A stretch of 53,126 nt of DNA, filler included, from Dimargaris cristalligena (Eukaryota), in NCBI GenBank assembly GCA_003614675.1. It is 2 parts of 2 records of this genome, joined end to end, with 100 filler letters (N's around TTAATTAATTAA, not from the genome) between each part and the next. Parts side by side here need not be neighbours in the genome. Positions count along the whole stretch, not along the records: positions 1 to 26,524 come from ML002538.1; positions 26,625 to 53,126 come from ML002539.1. One strand, written 5' to 3'. Under the pieces are notes generated by a model. That model had not been told where the DNA came from and did no database searches. It saw only the letters and a program-made list of their open reading frames with translations. The translations under genes were made by a program, and so were the position numbers. Below are positions 25,246-38,004 of the stretch, one piece after another; the stretch's first letter is position 1, and the number at the start of each line of letters is the position of its first letter.

Positions 25246-26524
25246 ATCTGGAACAAACCGGTTTTTTTATAGTCCATTGCGCCATGTAACCCTTCCCCTC
25301 CCCTCCTTACAACATCCTCTTCCTTTATCTCTCTGACACAGGGGTTATCCGCACCTTTCCTCGCGCCTCACCTACAGACGCATCTGAAGGAACATAAATC
25401 ACCATCCAGTATTCTTGTTTAAAATCACTGTTACTATTTCCTGCACCCCTCAATTACTCGTAAAATATGACATTGATGGTCATATCAAGTAGCTAACCAC
25501 TCTATCATTATTAGGTTTACAATTGCTACGGACATTATCTTTCTTTTCCTATTTCCCCCCATCTTTCCATGGGTCATCCCAAAATGGACTTTACATGACG
25601 CTTACATCTTAATGACCACCGATATGCTATAGTATTATTTCGTCCAGGCCACCTACTTTTGGTTGTACTTTAGTTCTCTCCCGATCTGAATTTGGCTACT
25701 AAAGGGTGGGTGACTTACTCGACTATTTTATGTTCTATCTATACCCAATATATGTATAACTATGTGCCATAATATAAACCACTTATTAAAAAAGCTCTGT
25801 TAGCCACACATAACTTCAATGAGTGATTTACATCAGGTAATTCTTTGATATAAGGTCGATTCCAACGTTCGCGAGAAGTGAACGCTAACAGTACTTTTTG
25901 ATTTTTTGTGGATATTCGCGCCTGGATTGACATGAATCAATGCATATTTTCAGCCACCCTCACAGCTCTTTTTTTCTGAACCATTCACTTAACGATGCCA
26001 GTTGTATAAACTAAGGCTAGAGAAGGGGTCGAGTTCTTTACAACTGGGACTGCCGGATAACCCCATCAAGGGGTGGGGGGTTCGACATACGACCCCAGTG
26101 AGTAACCGGGATCGTTCTATTTTTCAATGTACACATGCAGTGGGCACTATAAAATACGATTTAAAAGGGATTCGAAATCATATTGATGAGCAGCCCAACT
26201 GATCAGCGGAGTTGACTGATTAAGGAGGTGATGGATTATCCGGTTGCATATATATCACTGCAAAAATTGCCATATATTCACTAGTTCGACTTTCAACTGG
26301 CCAAGTAACAATATTCATCAGTTCACTGTTAGACTGGCGAATCAACGTATAACACGTCCATCGAAATTGATCACTTAATACGGATTGCATACTTTTAGCG
26401 TAGATTCTATATAATTATTATTAGGGCTGGCGCGCGCTTTTTTGAGGCTTGCCAATCTATTTTTCTAAAATGGAACCCGGGGGGGGGAAATAGGAAAAGA
26501 AAGATAATGTCCGTAGCAATTGTA

Positions 26525-26624
26525 NNNNNNNNNNNNNNNNNNNNNNNNNNNNNNNNNNNNNNNNNNNNTTAATTAATTAANNNNNNNNNNNNNNNNNNNN
26601 NNNNNNNNNNNNNNNNNNNNNNNN
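26525..26624. other. Artificial contig/scaffold linker (N44-TTAATTAATTAA-N44)
   Basis: Exactly 100 nt and symmetric; the central 12-mer places stop codons in all six frames. Confidence 0.97.
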
Positions 26625-26653
26625 ACTGATCCTCGATTTATAAGTAAGAACTA

Positions 26654-26690
26654 TGAATACTGAATACTGAATATTGAATATTGAATATTG
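26654..26690. repeat. 7-bp tandem repeat (TGAATAY)x5
   Basis: tgaatac tgaatac tgaatat tgaatat tgaatat tg, next to the contig end. Confidence 0.85.
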
Positions 26691-28488
26691 GAAAAACGGC
26701 CTAGTCATTGAATGGCTTATAACTGGGTGGGAAAAGATGAAGACTGGTATTTGGTGATGTTCTTCATCTTCCTAAACTAAAAATAGTTTGGCCGGGATAT
26801 ACTATTAGAGATTAAGCAGGCCCGGCCACAACAGGGGATAGGGGAATTCAAATAGCCTGATTTTTTAACTTTTGCAAATAGAAAACCTGTGTGACTAGTG
26901 TACTTTTCTAATGTAAAATTACATAATGGTTTGTGGAAGTACGTGTGGTATGTTTGAGGGATATACCAGATGAATGGGTGGACTCACCCGTAGTTACAAA
27001 TTGATTTATCGAATTCAATGGGGGCTGTTGAAAAATATGTCTGAACAGATCTATTATTTTCTCTTGTTTCTGACTAATTACATTAATTTATTTAGTTATT
27101 CTTTGTCCTCTCATTTTAACTATTCAAAATGACCCCTACCAACTACACTATTTTATAGAACTAGCCACCTAGAGGCACCTGCCATCCTCTAGCCACTTTC
27201 TTTCATTTTAACTATTTTTATTAACACTCCATTAGTATTTTTATTAAATTCATCAATAACCATTTATTAATATATTTATAAGAACTGTGCCCCCTTCCTG
27301 ATAATGGCTATTTTCAGGTATTTCAATATTCATTTATATAACTACCAAACTCTACCCATCATTATTATGGGGTCTCAAAGGGCCTATATGAGGATTATTC
27401 TACATTACATCTAACTAAGAAATTTGAATGTATTGTACTTAATAATCCATAGGATTAAAGTCAACTAACTATGAAGGACTAGGCGCCATCACCACCTAGT
27501 TCTATCAGTGAGGCGCGGGAATTCGGTCTTGTTGAAGGGTCACCTTCCTTCAACCATTCCTGCCACTCAATTTGCCTATTCCATATATCCCCTTCATTAT
27601 ATATCCATATATTATTAACTATTCATTATACCACTATCTAGTAGCGTATTCTAGCATACCTTACGCTGGCCCAATGTCTTTATCATTAGTTCCCTCAGCT
27701 ATATACAGCCGAGTCAATTCCTATAGTTATTCTTGAGTAAATGACCATTTATTCTATACCCCCTTTTATAGTTAACTTGATCTATTTGATATTCCCGTAT
27801 TTCTTATCTATAAATCGCCCTTCCCATCAACTATGTGTGTGTTATTTTTTGTAAACTCGTCCAAGATGCGGACACTTAATCATCCCTTGGATTATTGTCT
27901 ATGACAGGATGGTTAATATAAATAGAATATCTAATCTTTCTATGAAACCAGTGGCATCCTTTATTATTTTAGCTCATTCCTGTACTGCTCACCTCTAACC
28001 AAATAGTTTTGATTCCAATAGCTAGATAGCATATGACGGATATGATATTTAGAGCCCCCACTATTTACACTAATGGCTTTATGAGTACCTGATTCAGAAT
28101 GGGCCCAAATAATAACCAAAGCCCCAAACATTTCCTTATTTATCTACAGGATAAACATAACCCATTCTACCCATAAAATGGTGGTTTTCCAAACCCACCC
28201 TTTGTAATTGAAATTAATTTACTATACATTCCCAGAAACCTATATTCCCTAGAGAAAAGAATGTGACAGACACTGGCCCCAGTTCCTATACGTGTATGCA
28301 TCGACGAGTTTTACATCAATCAAAACAAGTCAGAACATAACATAATTTATTAAACCGAAAGATTATAAAGGAAAAGTTGACCCAAATAAAAGGTGGCCGT
28401 CCGAAAATAGAAGACGGGTTACAGTCAGTGAGACCATTTGAGAGTGGTGAGACACATCCCAACTGGCTTAACCTACCGATGGCTGGTG

Positions 28489-29178
28489 TTATTCATTGCT
28501 GGGCGGGCAGTTTGCTTCCTGACCACAGCTACTAGAACCTGATTGATGTCTTGTTACGTAATCCTTACGGGGGAATCTCTCACCACACCCCTCGCAAGCA
28601 AAGGGTTTTTCACCCGTGTGAATACGCAGATGACGATTGCGATCATAGGCACGGGTGAACTTTCTTTTACATACTGGACAGTCAAGTCTATTTTTCAGTG
28701 TATCCGCCGTCTGCTGATAGATGGGTAGATGGCTATCATCCCATGCCTGCACTTCGGCGTCGTCCCAGTGTGGTGACATGGGTGTGCGAGGCAGGTGTTC
28801 CGGAACCGGGAGGCTACCGCTCCCCGAACCAGAACCCGAACCACGGTGACCTTCAGTGGAATGGTCAAGGGATGCATCCTGTCCGTAGATGTGGGCTTGA
28901 CTAACTTCCGCATTGTCCATGTAGTGTTCGAGCGCTCTAATGTACAAGTCCAACTCGTAGCCGTTAACTGATGCAATATACTCGTAAGTTTCTGCATTTG
29001 ATGCATCCCTGTAAAGGGGACCCTGGATTAGATGCATAGCTGCAGTTTCGTAGGGGATATCAGGGCTACTGGGATTGATGTAGTTATTGAGGTTGATATC
29101 TTGGGCATTCTGCTCGGAGGCGTGGCTGGGAGTGAGTGCGCCCAGGATGAGCAGGCATGTCGCTCCAAAGAGGCGCAT
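28489..29178 (-). CDS. C2H2 zinc-finger protein with predicted N-terminal signal peptide (229 aa)
   Basis: C-terminal CPVCKRKFTRAYDRNRHLRIH-TGEKPF-ACEGCGERFPRKDYVTRHQSGSSSC (C2H2, canonical linker, C2HC-type finger; 28525-28680); N-terminus MRLFGATCLLILGALTPSHA has signal-peptide architecture; start context CCAAATG. Confidence 0.9.
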   Translation of the reverse strand: MRLFGATCLLILGALTPSHASEQNAQDINLNNYINPSSPDIPYETAAMHLIQGPLYRDASNAETYEYIASVNGYELDLYIRALEHYMDNAEVSQAHIYGQDASLDHSTEGHRGSGSGSGSGSLPVPEHLPRTPMSPHWDDAEVQAWDDSHLPIYQQTADTLKNRLDCPVCKRKFTRAYDRNRHLRIHTGEKPFACEGCGERFPRKDYVTRHQSGSSSCGQEANCPPSNE

Positions 29179-32100
29179 TTGGCTGAGGATAGACAGGGGT
29201 GGGCGGAAAACTGGAGGCAGTAAGGTCAGACAGGTGGGGGGATTCCTGTCAAGCGAAAATAATAATAAAAGAAGTAATAGACTCTTGAAGTAGTTAGAGG
29301 TGAAGAGCTAGCGTAATGGTGAATTAGTTGGCAATGAAACCGGCCAAAGTGTATCCCAAGTGTAGTGAAGGGTGAAGTGGATGGCGTTCGAATATGGAGG
29401 CGAACCTGAGTCTATTTAAATAGGTTTGAAAGAGGACTCCACTTGTTCGATTGGTGTTTTTGTTGAGCCTGGATAATTCCCAAAGGACATTCCGCTGCAG
29501 TCTCTTCGCCCCCGAATCTACTATTAAGCGTAGGTCGGTCACACTAAAGTATGAGGGTGCCTTCATTGAGTTTTATATGGGGGTACATGGTGTGCTCGGT
29601 TGCATATTAGTTAGGCCAGGGACTTACAGAAATATAATCATCACCATGTAAATATGCTTCGTCTCGTCTTTATCCCTCGAAGTCCTATAGCACATTTCAC
29701 TAACCCCCCTTTCCTCACATAATACCCGGAAGGTTGTACTACTAAGCTACAGTTGCCGGTGGGTGATACGGCTGTTGCAAAAGTAAGTATGACCCGTCTC
29801 GTTGACCTATGAATCCACCTAAAACACTTTCCCTCGTTGCCGAGATTTCTGCTTTTCACAACCCCCCGTTGGCCTCAAAAAGGCCCGGGTTCCACTCTTT
29901 GCTCGCAAGCAAAAATTATATACCTATATTATTGTGGCGTAGTACCGGAAGTTTGAGAAATCATAATACCAGCCACTTCAATCTATTTAGGGCAGACTCG
30001 TTTGCTTTATTGGCTTGAAAATGACTTTTTTGGGTTCCATGGAATAGCCTGTCGTCCTCGCCCCACCACTGTGCGGATGCGGTTACTGAAACTAGGCGGG
30101 TGAATGTCGAAAACCAGCGGTGTCTATTATTAATATAAAAATAAAGAGGAAAAGGAGGGGGATGGCAATGGCAATGGCAATGGTTCTCAGCGCTGGATGC
30201 CAGCAACATAGTATGGCAATTATTATATTTTATTGGAGCAACTTCGGAGGTAAAGCGAAGTCGAACGATATTGGAAAGGCATCTCATACATTGCACGTAA
30301 CAGTAGATGAGCTCCAATGTATAAGGCAGATGCGGCTGGTTAGGTAGTGGTTACTGATAGGTATGCATAGAGTACTTAACTATTAGTAATAGCGTTTATT
30401 CTAGAAAGTGGTTTCCTAATAGGATGCAATAGTATGATTGCCACATATGGGGACCGCACTGGACAGACCAGGATACTGGGTTTATCAGCTGGGCCATAGA
30501 CCAGGGTAGTAGATTGCTGAGTGATGGCATCCCGAATGTCTTCCAGCCAAGAGGGATACAACTCATCTATTTCTTCGATATTCAGCCTAGTACCCAATGG
30601 GAATAATCAGTATCATGTCTAGGATAGTTCATTAGGGTGCCCGACTCCCATATCTATAGCCTACTTGGCCAATTCTCCCAATTATACCAGGCCGTTGTAA
30701 ACATTACCATTTAATTCCCCTTGGAACAGGCGGTATATTTCTGACATTTATGCGAGCCTCTTTCTACATGCATTCCCTTTAGAGACTTGCTTTGGAGTGC
30801 AGTTCTATACGTTGATATATATCCCTTCCCGGCAATTGGCCCAGGCTGACAGGGGGGCCAGTCTAATAGGTTTTTACTCGAAGAGCTCCAGTGTGACCCT
30901 GGCATGATAAACCATCTTGACTGTAGCCTAAACAAGCAGACATACATAATAGTGAATGAATACCGCTGTTTGCGTCGTACAGTATAATGTCCAATTATAT
31001 ATAAAAATCCCAAACACCCATTGGTGGCAATAATTTGCGATTTTTTTGGTGGAAAAGCCTCAGTTTATAAATGAACGCAAGGAAGAGATGGGGGATACTA
31101 ATTCGCACATGGGCAGATTGATAAAATTTCGAGCCAAGTCGAATAAGGGGGGGAGAGATAAAATGAACATATGCAAATGATCATTTCGATTTGCGACAAA
31201 AGCAATACTATAACGGATTTGTTAGTGACACCATGGGCTTTGGTTCCGCACAGCAGGCAGCCTGGTCGACACGGGCTAGGGCCAAATCTATCGACACTAG
31301 CAGATCAACTGAAGAGAAATATATATGCCTGATGGGGTAGGTGATGGTTACTACCAGCGTATCAATATGGTAGTACGGCAAAACTAGGATAAGAGGGGTA
31401 TCATCAACAGCCAAAAATCCAAATGATGACAGAATTTACATCCTCCTGTAGAGGGATAGTGGGGAGGGAGTACAATTGTAAATAATGGGAGTTGGGGGGA
31501 TGGTGCATAAATTCAAATGTGATCGGATAATGGGTGATATGGTGGTGGGTCAGTGGGGGCCTAGATTCGGTGTTGAACCTATTCAAGTCGAAATGCCTCC
31601 AACCCCTTTGGCAGCCATTAAAAATGATTTCGGATACAATTTCTATCAGGTGTGCAGATAGGAAGTGCTGGGCTGCTATACCTTTGATGTCCTAGGCTTA
31701 GAAACATGAGGTGCAGGCTTAGTTTTGTTCTCAGGATGTTTACATTTCAACATGGAAGGGTCAACCCCGGCTAAGAGGTACAGGGTTGACTGAGAAGGCA
31801 GATGGGCTGGATTTGAGGGCATCAGATCTCTAAAGGTTGATTAAAGTGGAGTGTAGGTAACCAAGAATTAAAATGGCCAAAGTACTCGGAAAATACTAGT
31901 GAAAATAATAAGGGTTTATTTTTAAAATGTATGGTTTCAAAAATACAACTTCCACTGGATAGACTGATGTTTTTATTTCCTTCACGGGATTCCAGTGTCT
32001 ATTATTTGCAAACTAGGATGCTATGCGAGCACTAATTGCTTTACCAAAGACAACATCAAAAGACAATCAGTAAAAGTGATGATGATATGCCTGCGTTGAA

Positions 32101-33578
32101 AAAACCTGAACAATTAAACGCATCGCCAAAAATTAGTCACAGCATTGCTAATATGGAAACGGACAGAATTGCTGTTGGATAAATACAAGCAAGCTAAACC
32201 TGGGATTACTGGATTAATCCAAGGCAGCGAGATTGGATGTCCACCACTGACGGTTCAGCTTGGCCTGCCAGACGGCTCTACAAAATTATTCACTAATGGC
32301 ATATCCATAATTCCAAAAACCATTGAATTCGGTGGTTTGATTCGGCTGGCTAGTAGATAAACGGAAGGGGTGGGAGGGTTGAACTCTACCCTAAAAAGGG
32401 TTACTTATAAACGGACCTCGGGAGTTTCATGTGCTGGTAGTTAATGACCTATAACCGCAACATCAAACGAAGCCACAGCCAAGGAGGATCCCGAATAGGA
32501 GGACCAGGACCAAACTAAGAACCGGAAGGACCCAGCAGCTCTCCTCAAAGGATGATAAATTTATATTCAGAAATTGAACAGGAATAGGCGGAATTAGATA
32601 TCCTTTGATGGATACCTATTAAGCCTAAGGTATTGATAAACAAGGAACCGAAATTCCCTAGATTTCGGGTGCTATTTCTTAAAGTGGGAATAGTTTGATG
32701 ACGGATAATCGGGGGGTTTCCTTTCGAAGATTTTCTTACTGGACGGATTTTGCGAAGGCTAGTGCCCCAACCCCCTAAACACATCCAATAAAAGCAGGAT
32801 AGAATGCATCAATTGTTGCATTAATAAATATAGTCACCATTGCTCATTAAGTTTATTTATTCAAACTCCCAGTCAACCAGTGACTAGTATAAAGATATTG
32901 CAAGAGAGAGAGGGGGGATGGCCATTATTACGTTATGGTAATTAACGCTTAATATAACACCAGACAAAAACTGGGAGGTGGGGGAATAACAGGTTACTTG
33001 CGAGTCATGGAAAAATCAAATCATGATGGGAAAGGGAGGGAATCATCATGCACATCAATGAATAGCTAGAGTACTAAGGACATGGTAGAGGCAGGCGGGA
33101 GAAATGGGGAGAGAATTAGCATGGCCAAGACATTAACAAGTAGGATATATAAAGGGCCACACACCACCATCATTCAGGCGAAGGGGAACAGCAGCATGCC
33201 TAGATGGTAAGTAAATAGTTGTCAACCAGGGTGCCGCATTGATGACCACAGTTGACCTAAAACCCAATAAGAGATTAGGTGATTATATACTCAAACATGT
33301 TGGAATATAGGTTAAGAAATAAAGAGCATATGTGCTATATATATATATAAAGATGTGTATAATATATAGGAATGTAGGTGTATGTACGCATCAAAACGGG
33401 TGTGTAAAGAGAGATGGATGGGGTAGAGAAAGGCCGAGATTACGGAGATGGTTACAGACGGAGAGTACCAAAGATATGAGCAATCTCATCATAAATACCG
33501 AATATAAATATATAAACTATATGGAATTGTTATTTTTTTAGGGTAGAAAGGCCACCATTGTTCCGTGAGATCTAAAGC

Positions 33579-36500
33579 CTATTCGATGGGGATTGTGGAC
33601 TTGAGGTGGTAGTTAACCAGATTGAGGGGATTGCCATTCAGGGGGGCGGCATTAGGCGACACAACAATCGAAGGACTACGGCTGCGGCTATGGTTACGGG
33701 AGGTAGGGATGGTACCTCCTGACATTGAAGGAGACCCCATATCCGATGAGATATGGTAGTGATGGAGCACCTGCTGTTGCTGGTATTGTTGGTGAGAAGC
33801 AGCACCATCCCCATGACCAAGGGCATCTCGACTTTGGCCGCTCACCGGTCGGGTCCCGGAGGGAGCTAACGAGACCAACCCACCATTCCCGTATTTCGAT
33901 AATGAGGACATCATGGGTGGAGGCGGCATCGTGCTACTTGAGAACATTAACGGGGTAGTCGATCCCCCACCTACAGCGCCTACCAATTTGGAAGGATCGA
34001 CCGGGGTGGAAGCTGCGCTAGAAATGCGCACTGTTCCGGAAGAACTCGTTGATGTACAGCTACCCGACCGCGACGAACTCCGCGGATATTGCTGGGCGCG
34101 GGCGCGGGCCTGCTGGCATAATGTCGTGTACCGACCAGCTTCGGCGTAAAGTCGGTCGAATTCGCCACCAATCTCTTCACGCACCCGGCGGTTCCAATTG
34201 GGCAACGTTGATGACAAGCAGGGGTGCGAGTGACCAGACAGCGACGATGATGACGAGGATGCCGACGACCGATGGCCACCCTCTGCATCACCGGTGGTGG
34301 TTTGGGGGCCAACATGGCCAGAGATCGAGGCGGCTGACGCGGATAATTGGTCGCTTTTAGTTAAGTTGGCGGTTGGGGGAAACGAAGCCGACGAAAGCGG
34401 AGCAGTCTCGCGATTAATCATAATCGCTTCGTAGTCGGGGCGCAGTTTACGGAACTCAGTAAGCAATTCCATAGTGAGGTCGAGGAACAATTCCAGGTCG
34501 CATAAGGGATCCCGATGGAAAACCTGCTCCGCAGCCACCGTTACATAAGCCAAGAGAACATTGGTGGTGGAAAAATGCCGGGTGCGATTGAGGGTTGCGG
34601 CGGCGGCAGAAGGAGCATTCGACGGCGTGGAAGTAGGAGTGTTAGAGGCACCGTTCGAGCCTGATGCGGAGGGGGTAGGGGGCGTTGACAGCGACTTTAT
34701 GGGTGGAACCGGGGCCTGCTGCTTCCGCTTTCCGGCTTCGGCTTGCATAAAATGGGTGAACACTTCCTGCCATGGTGTAACGGAAGCGGTCTGGGAATAG
34801 TCTAATAAGAAGTAGTCCGAAAAATACGGCCGGAAGTGTTGGGCGTTACTACTACGTCGGGAGCCGGCGGGCGTGCTGTTGGAGGTGGGCGACTGTTGGT
34901 CATCCTGCACGAACAACATGCGGGAAAGTAGGTGGGAGAAATCAATGACCAGGTTGATACAAAAGCCGTGCAGTTGGGTCACCATATCGTTGATGGATGA
35001 TCCGCCATCGTCACCCACACCACCTTCCGAAAGCGCAAAACTAGTGGTTGAGTACCCCGGGGTAAGAGGTGCGGCGTGACCATTACTGCTGGGAGCCAGA
35101 GAACTAGATCCATTCGACAAGATTGAGGTGTTGGAGAAGGAGGCGATGGACGAGTGTCCTTCAATTTGAAACATAGTTGTGATCCCGAGGTCGTGCGCTT
35201 TCATCAAGGCCTTATCCAAGACCCGGTTCAGGGGCGTAAATTTCCGGGGATCGGGTGGACCCCGCCTGAAGAAAGGACGGAGGTAGGGCAGGTTCTCGTG
35301 GAACAAGAACTCGATGGATTCCTTGGGGTCGGTCGTTAAGAACAAGTGAAGTAGCATAGGACAGGTGAGAGTGGTCGCTTGGCGCCAATAGTCCAAGTGC
35401 AGCTGGCCGTACTTAATGAGACAAAAGTAAAACATATCGTCCACCTCTAGGTCGGATGAGGTGAGGAGATAGACTGCCCCCAGAAAGGGTGCCGAAACGC
35501 TTAATTGGGCCAGGCGGGCTAGTTTGGATCCATCAAGCCATTGGAGGTCGTGGAACATCCAGGGATTGGGCACCTCGTAGAGCCGGGCCCGCTCGTTACC
35601 GTAGAGGCAAGCATTAGACAGCTGATTCACGGTTTCGGAGGAAGAGTCCTTGGCCAGGTAGCGGAGGCGATCGAGCCCCTTCAGCGCAATCTGCTTTAAA
35701 CTGGCCGACTGGCGGGCAAGCAGTAACAGTGCGGAGATTTCGCGCAGACAGCGCACTCGCTGTTGGGTGGTATTAGCGGACGAAATAGCCGTCAAGCGAA
35801 CCGACATTTTATCATCCCGATCGATGATACGGTGGTGCATGCCGTCGTTGAGCAACAGGTTGAGGCAGCACCCAAAGGCGGATGCCTTATCTTGTGTGTC
35901 GAAGACAGGGGAGTGAATGGAGTGACAGAGAGGATTGGCGCAGTGAGGAGTGGAGCAAATGATATCGCGGGTAGAGTCATACACCATTATCCGCAGATTG
36001 ATCAAAAAGAGGCGATCCAGGATCGACACGTCTTTCTCGCGGGCCAATCGGCCGAGATCCCATTGAGTGATTGCATCCATGTCAAGCCTATCAGTACATG
36101 GTCCAATATTAAATGGGGCATGCGCAGAGAAGTATACACAATGGTAAAGGAATAGTGGTTAGTGAATGAGCCAACTAATTCTTAAATGTGACACTGGAAA
36201 AAGCAATCATCACCAAGTGCCTCAAAAACCAGCCGAGTGTGTAAACAACGAAGTATGAACAAATTAGAGGTGACGGCCAAAAAAAAAATAGAAACAACGG
36301 CTTAGTAGAGAAAAGGGAGAAAGAAATAGAGGAAGTAGGTGGGCGAGGATTCAAATGAGAAATAGTGACCAATATTCGCAATTGCCTATTCTGAGATGAA
36401 GGTGGATGGGTGAACCCATCGCTCCACAAGTCCCTCCTGGTATGTAGCCAACATTGGTGGCAGGCGTAAGCCACAAATGGCGAAATAAGTAAAAAATAAT

Positions 36501-38004
36501 ATATAAAAATGGATAGAGCGGATAACCCCAATCCCCAACCCACAGTTCGTCACCCACAGACCAAAAATTGGAATCTCTTGGCCATCCCTAGGAATAGGAT
36601 TGGATTGACTGACTGGTAATACTTAACGACCAAATACAGTGGGGGAGGGGGTCCGATTACCACAAACTAGAACTTCTCCACTAGAAATTGGCCAATAATT
36701 GTAGAAAATAAAAAAAGGAAAAGGCCGTCTGTAACCACAGTAACCTAGGGAATCTACCCCCCCCAACAGGTAGGTTGGCAGTTATGGTAGGCGGTAGATT
36801 AAAAGTAGAAGAATTAAAACTTACGAGACATTGCGAGTGGCGCGTACCACCATGGTGAATACGCTTGCAAGATAGTCGGGATGATTAACGTGGGCGTTCT
36901 TTTGGACGCGGGATAACAGTTGATTTTTGAGATCGGCGTAAATAACTTCCTCTTGACAGAATTTACGGAATACGATGTCCCACATTGCCTTGGTGAAAGT
37001 AGCGGCTAGTAGGCCATAGTGATGGGGAAGGAGGGGGTGGAATGAGCCGGGGCAGAGTGGATAGAGAAATGAATACAGGGTAAATCCGAAAGTTAGTGAA
37101 CAAGGTAAATTGGGGTGCGAATAAAGGGTTCGGGTGTGTAAAAGGATGGACTGAAAATACATGAATCCAACGGGGGACACAGCGGCGTCACCTTGGGGGA
37201 AATAGCTCCTCCGGTAGTACAAGATTAAAGTGAAAACATCACAAGGTTGTGGATAGAGAGAGGAGGAAACATTCAACGGCCATGCGACTCCGCTAGGGGC
37301 AAAGTCACAAACCGGCGGTCACCATGCTTTTGCATTAAACAGCCGGTCTATCGGATGGGAAGAGAAGCAAGACTTGTGTAGAAAAGAAGTATAGTAGAGG
37401 GAGGTGACTTACGCGATGTTATTACATTCGGGTTGCTGGCCCGACGCACACCAGGCACGGCTGCCCGAGCGGTAACGGGGGAGGGGTTTTCACTACTGGG
37501 CGCTGATACGGAAGTACCGGGACTGTGCCGCCGCCGTTGGTCGGCGGGCGGAATCCCCTGACGCAGCGACTTCAGCCCTAGGGTGGTCGAGGGGGTGTGA
37601 GTGCCGGATGGTACCCGCGCTTGGGACCGTGACGGAGGAGGGTGGGCGGACATTGAGGTGGGCACCGGAGATTGGGGGCGCGACTGACTGGCATGCCCCA
37701 GGGTTTTACTATTAGGTGACTGGCGCATGGGAAGGTGGTTGTCAGTGATAGTAGGCAACACGTACTTGGACTCGTTAGCGGAGTTTGACGGGGCGTCGGT
37801 CGAAGGCTGGGCCCGTATCCGGGTGCCCGAGACTAGCGAGGTCATGTACTGCTTTTTGTGGGTCAGCTGGGACTGGCGGGCGTCACGAACAAATAAGAGG
37901 CTCTCTTCGTCTAGATTAGCGGTCCGCGGTATAAGCCGGGAGGTAAGGCGAGTGGCGGTATCGCCCTTTTCGGAGGGGTTGTAAGAGAACTGACTAGTAT
38001 TCAT
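33579..38004 (-). CDS. Three-exon hypothetical protein (about 1093 aa); exons 38004-37413, 37005-36825, 36087-33579
   Basis: Joins three track ORFs. GTAAGT donors at 37412 and 36824, TAG acceptors ending at 37006 and 36088, each with an upstream CACTAAC branch site and pyrimidine tract. Intron phases (1, 2) match and the total of 3282 nt is in frame. The 833-aa last exon is secure; the upstream exons are a manual model. No family recognised. Confidence 0.72.

Noticed and set aside
26654-26690. Tandem 7-mer at a contig end as a telomere or CRISPR-like array
   Set aside because: Only five degenerate copies, no spacers, and not G-rich like telomeric repeats.
30376-30597. 73-aa minus-strand ORF with a protein-like segment (EEIDELYPSWLEDIRDAI)
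   Set aside because: Short, non-ATG start, no motif or splice context I can support.
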